Below are positions 61,701 through 64,000 of a stretch of 64,000 nucleotides of DNA, piece by piece. Numbering within the stretch: position 1 is the stretch's first letter; the number at the start of each line of letters is the position of its first letter. Position numbers and translations under genes: made by a program. The stretch is from the IMG/VR virus record IMGVR_UViG_3300030511_000001, positions 1-64,000 of that record. One strand, given 5' to 3'. The DNA is from a virus (taxonomy: Duplodnaviria > Caudoviricetes). The notes beneath the pieces are model-generated. The model ran no database searches. It saw only the letters and a program-made list of their open reading frames with translations, and was not told the DNA's origin.

Positions 61701-62195
61701 TACGTCGCGAACTATCTCGATAACACGGTCAGCGTCATCTTCGGCTCTGCGGTCATCGCCACCATCCCGGTCGGACAGGGACCGTTCGGCATCACTTACG
61801 ACGGCTCGCGCCTGTGGGTGTGCAACTACGCCGACTCTTCGCTCACGCTGATCGACCCAGTGACGAATTCGGTCATCGCGACCATCCCGCTCGGCACGCG
61901 CACGGGCCCCACCGATGCCTCGTACGTCGACGGCTACGTGTGGGTGACGGAGGCCCAGGCGCGCCAGGTCACGCGCGTGAACACCGCGACGCTGCGGCCG
62001 ACCGCGCACGACCCGATGCCGTCCTCGCCGCGTTCGATCATGTACGACGGCACCGACCTCTGGATGCCGCTGAATCTGAACGCCTCGAGCAGCGTTGTGC
62101 CCGTGACGGTCACGAACCCCGCGCCTGGCGGCGGCACGTCCGCCCCCGTGAACTTCACCATCCTCGGCGTCGATCCGTCGCCGCTGCCGACGTAG
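58767..62195 (+). CDS. tail tip / host-specificity protein (gpJ-like) with C-terminal YVTN-type beta-propeller
   Basis: LCEGPI, YPA..ARELL, FNVVTINY.D, YELPG...A.R; repeated ..VG..P.GI..DG..LWV.N. Confidence 0.85.
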   Translation: MAFNDRFRRNPDPPEPGPGGIATRRGGVDPANVIRRNIYAVNPRPWIPGAGPPAATPTQRTFHDPREYTGTFSAAGLPIDIALGRCLQPVTKLIYEESWNNFTTLTWIVSLCEGPIQSIQPVVDDKPLRLVSGSFTNPNGTKFVDESGFIQVYCYDGSQTSLASSGLGSFDPLAAAEEVHTGLALAVVFITFDPEKMNTAPNMTWILEGYRLCKDPVDGVQRYSPYPAVHARELLVNKTWGIQMPDDTLHLDDHLTNLGGWGRARNDCAIAIFPPKPSNPVTLANGGAGSIPAGSYYYTFTSVTGDGIETLESPVSSVITFGTASRVTVTVPAGGAGTSSRNIYRNAVSGVQTPRYLVGTIANNTAGATLSDNTPNTVLLANGATAPVVAPRPERYVSGILISRQANGQDWLDTILAHFAGKVTMDNGRYQCRVDQKLDAGYTPMVLRDEMHDDGTNVLPANVDPLTVEVWRKDETELFNVVTINYLDSNNNFQPASITIKRDKVKALLERPRVATYELPGCPDKNQALRIGTLYLNRAWDDLLWRIRGDRSVLALQPGLDVAELRIGGLVFDGRALKLSTDGDAFMLEGEEYHEESYAELVQNEDTPIGTTIPDPSSTPPNPTNCNVQEVPAEDGSGAGAYFLVTFTPGLTPYYRSTRVVVNDGLNTYVAAEQENGPVPIRNLRRGFPHLITLYTLTDRGTRISTGVTLGPITPQLLGPIVPDVLNLAAPFDTHERRGTITCTLPPYVGIDHIEVFDNFGNPVVPPRIASVPASTVSTGAPIDLKAFIHGDGYANDQVFSIIVKVVNSFGDKSPGIPISWTIKQNGTAAYTVGFDPRDVTFDGSAVWVANHNGGNVQRIKRSTGTVDLTVNVGSKPYGILYESGRIWVANYGSDTVTYMNTDGSSVGTLSLAAGDGPLGLIAYTNSTGERRIVVSCHKTNRVKIIDPVGLSVTGTVINVGRKPCFMYVVDVNGEARRYVANYLDNTVSVIFGSAVIATIPVGQGPFGITYDGSRLWVCNYADSSLTLIDPVTNSVIATIPLGTRTGPTDASYVDGYVWVTEAQARQVTRVNTATLRPTAHDPMPSSPRSIMYDGTDLWMPLNLNASSSVVPVTVTNPAPGGGTSAPVNFTILGVDPSPLPT

Positions 62196-62210
62196 AGAGG
62201 ATTTCTAGAA

Positions 62211-64000
62211 ATGCCGCCGACCATCAGCAGCATCACGCCGAACAGCAAGCCCCAGGGCTCGGGCTCGTTCGTGCTCACCTGCCAGGGCTCGGGTTTCATC
62301 CGCAAGGATTTCGACAACCCGCTGCCGGACGGCGGATGGACCTTCATCCGCGTCGACGGGATCATCTTCGACGGCACCTACTACCCGGTCGACCCCTCGA
62401 CCCGCACCGGCACGAGCTGTAGCGCGACCATCCCGGCATCCGAGGTTGCGACGCCCGGCAGCTACAACGTCCGCGTCGAGATGGAGGACGGCGAGCAGTC
62501 GAACGCCGTGACGTTCACCGTCACCGCGAACCTGCCGGTGCTGACCAGTGTCACGCCGACCTCGGTGACGAGCCCCGCATCCGCCACGATCGTCTGCAAC
62601 GGTAGCAACTTCACCGCGTCGAGCGTCATCCGCGTCGACGGTGTGGCGATCGGAACGACGTTTGTGAGCTCGACGCAGCTTCAGAGCTCGAGCGCGTACA
62701 GCTTCAGCGGCCCGGGCGGCACGCACGCCGTGACCGTCTTCATCTCCGGCGTCGGCGAGTCGGAAGGTCGCACGATCACGAAGAACAACCCGCTGCCGAC
62801 CATCAGCGCGTTTTCGCCGAACGTGAAGACGTGCGGCGACGCCGATTTCACGCTGACGATCACCGGCACCGGCTACAACGCGGACACGCGAGCTGCGTGG
62901 AATGGCTCCTACCGCGACACGGTGGTCGTGAGCGCGACGCAGCTTCAGGTGTCGATCCGACAGACGGACCTTGCGAGCGCCGGATCCCCGGTCATCGGTG
63001 TCATCAACCCGGCGCCCGGCGGCGGCACCGCGCGCAACGACCAGGCGCCGAACATCGTGGCGTTCACGATCAACAACCCGGCCCCGATCATCACCGAGAT
63101 TTCGCCGACCACTGCCACGGCCGGAACTGGCCCCGTGACCATCAGCGTCCGCGGCAGCCGGTTCGTCGGTGGCACCGGGAAGACGGTCATTCGGTGGAAC
63201 GGCGTCGATCAGCCCACCACGGTCATCGACAACGGTGGTTTCGAGTGCACGTTCGTCGCGACGCAGGCGATGCTCGCGCAGCCCGGCTCCTTCACCATTG
63301 CGGCATTCAATGGATCGCCCGCCGGCGGGCTGTCGAATTCCAAGACGTTCAACGTCACCGGCGGCGTCCCGGTCCTGAATTCGATCGACCCGTCGTCGGT
63401 GCCGGTCGCGAGCTCGACGACGATCACTCTGCGCGGAAGCGGCTTCGCGCCCGATCACACCGTGCGTCTCGAGGGCGTCGTCGTGGCGTCCGACTGGGAC
63501 AGCACCTCGCGAATTCAGGTCAACCTGACGCCGGCAATGATCCCGACGCCCGGGACGTACGACGTCAAAGTCACGAACAACGGCGCGAACGGGGGCACCT
63601 CGGCCACGCGCTCGTTCCAAGCGGCGAACGGCGTGCCGGTGCTGACGAGCATCAACGTCACCACCAAAACGGTCGGCGACGCGGCGTTCACGCTCACTCT
63701 CACCGGTTCGGGCTTCATCAACGGCGCCAGCTCGGGGGCGGTGAACGGCGCTGCGCGCGCGACGACGTTCGTGAGTTCGACGTCGCTTCAGATCATCATC
63801 ACCGCGGCGGACCTCTCCACCGGCGGAACGCTCTCCATCACCGTCGTCACCGCGGCGCCTGGCGGCGGCACGAGCGCCGCGCGCACGCTCACGATCAACT
63901 ACCCCGTCCCGACCGTCAGCTCGTTCGATTCGGCGAACATCGTCATCGGCTCGCCCGACACGACCGTCGCCATTAACGGGACCGGCTTCGGGACCGGGAC
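62211..64000 (+). CDS. tandem IPT/TIG (Ig-like) repeat tail protein, truncated at window end
   Basis: ATG 62211 after GAGAGG; >=6 repeats P.(I/L)TS(I/V)TP...L...GS.F...V.N...GG.S; not in ORF track because no stop in window. Confidence 0.85.
   Translation, partial: MPPTISSITPNSKPQGSGSFVLTCQGSGFIRKDFDNPLPDGGWTFIRVDGIIFDGTYYPVDPSTRTGTSCSATIPASEVATPGSYNVRVEMEDGEQSNAVTFTVTANLPVLTSVTPTSVTSPASATIVCNGSNFTASSVIRVDGVAIGTTFVSSTQLQSSSAYSFSGPGGTHAVTVFISGVGESEGRTITKNNPLPTISAFSPNVKTCGDADFTLTITGTGYNADTRAAWNGSYRDTVVVSATQLQVSIRQTDLASAGSPVIGVINPAPGGGTARNDQAPNIVAFTINNPAPIITEISPTTATAGTGPVTISVRGSRFVGGTGKTVIRWNGVDQPTTVIDNGGFECTFVATQAMLAQPGSFTIAAFNGSPAGGLSNSKTFNVTGGVPVLNSIDPSSVPVASSTTITLRGSGFAPDHTVRLEGVVVASDWDSTSRIQVNLTPAMIPTPGTYDVKVTNNGANGGTSATRSFQAANGVPVLTSINVTTKTVGDAAFTLTLTGSGFINGASSGAVNGAARATTFVSSTSLQIIITAADLSTGGTLSITVVTAAPGGGTSAARTLTINYPVPTVSSFDSANIVIGSPDTTVAINGTGFGTG

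Noticed and set aside
58128-62009. 1293-aa reverse-strand ORF (and similar long antisense ORFs, e.g. 10735-13314, 14841-16895, 52233-54044, 54255-56330)
   Set aside because: Shadow frames of real GC-rich genes; Arg/Ala/Val-rich with no motifs
1-64000. CRISPR array, diversity-generating retroelement, integrase, transposase
   Set aside because: No repeat-spacer array, reverse transcriptase, recombinase or transposase motifs seen

Overview
A 64-kb segment of a very GC-rich tailed phage or prophage. It is siphovirus-type: tail tube, a 1913-aa tape measure protein, no sheath. Structural genes sit in three separated blocks: terminase-portal (~9.9-17.5 kb), head morphogenesis/scaffold/capsid/lysis/neck (~35.8-44.5 kb) and tail (~47.9 kb to window end). 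Long arrays of small hypothetical genes lie between them. No polymerase, primase or integrase was recognised in the window. Notable items: (1) a left-end DNA-modification cluster (DUF5131-like, Dam-like, Mom-like, TGT/DpdA-like, and an N4/N6 methyltransferase behind a C13 tract); (2) a promoter-driven coiled-coil gene flanked by two structured non-coding segments, the 3' one ~280 nt with a terminal stem, a Y-RNA-like GGCGAAG motif, a T-arm and tandem heptamer repeats; (3) a circularly permuted tRNA-like (YrlA-like) element; (4) a tRNA-Tyr(GUA) next to an Acb2/Tad1-like gene; (5) four copies of an 18-bp palindromic operator filling the spacer of leaderless sigma70-type promoters; (6) a second repeated promoter motif; (7) a perfect chromosomal-type parS site in an origin-like region; (8) a fatty-acid hydroxylase/desaturase gene inside the tail operon; (9) a -1 frameshift in the tail chaperone; (10) a tandem IPT/TIG tail protein. 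All family assignments come from motif recognition by eye, not from database searches.
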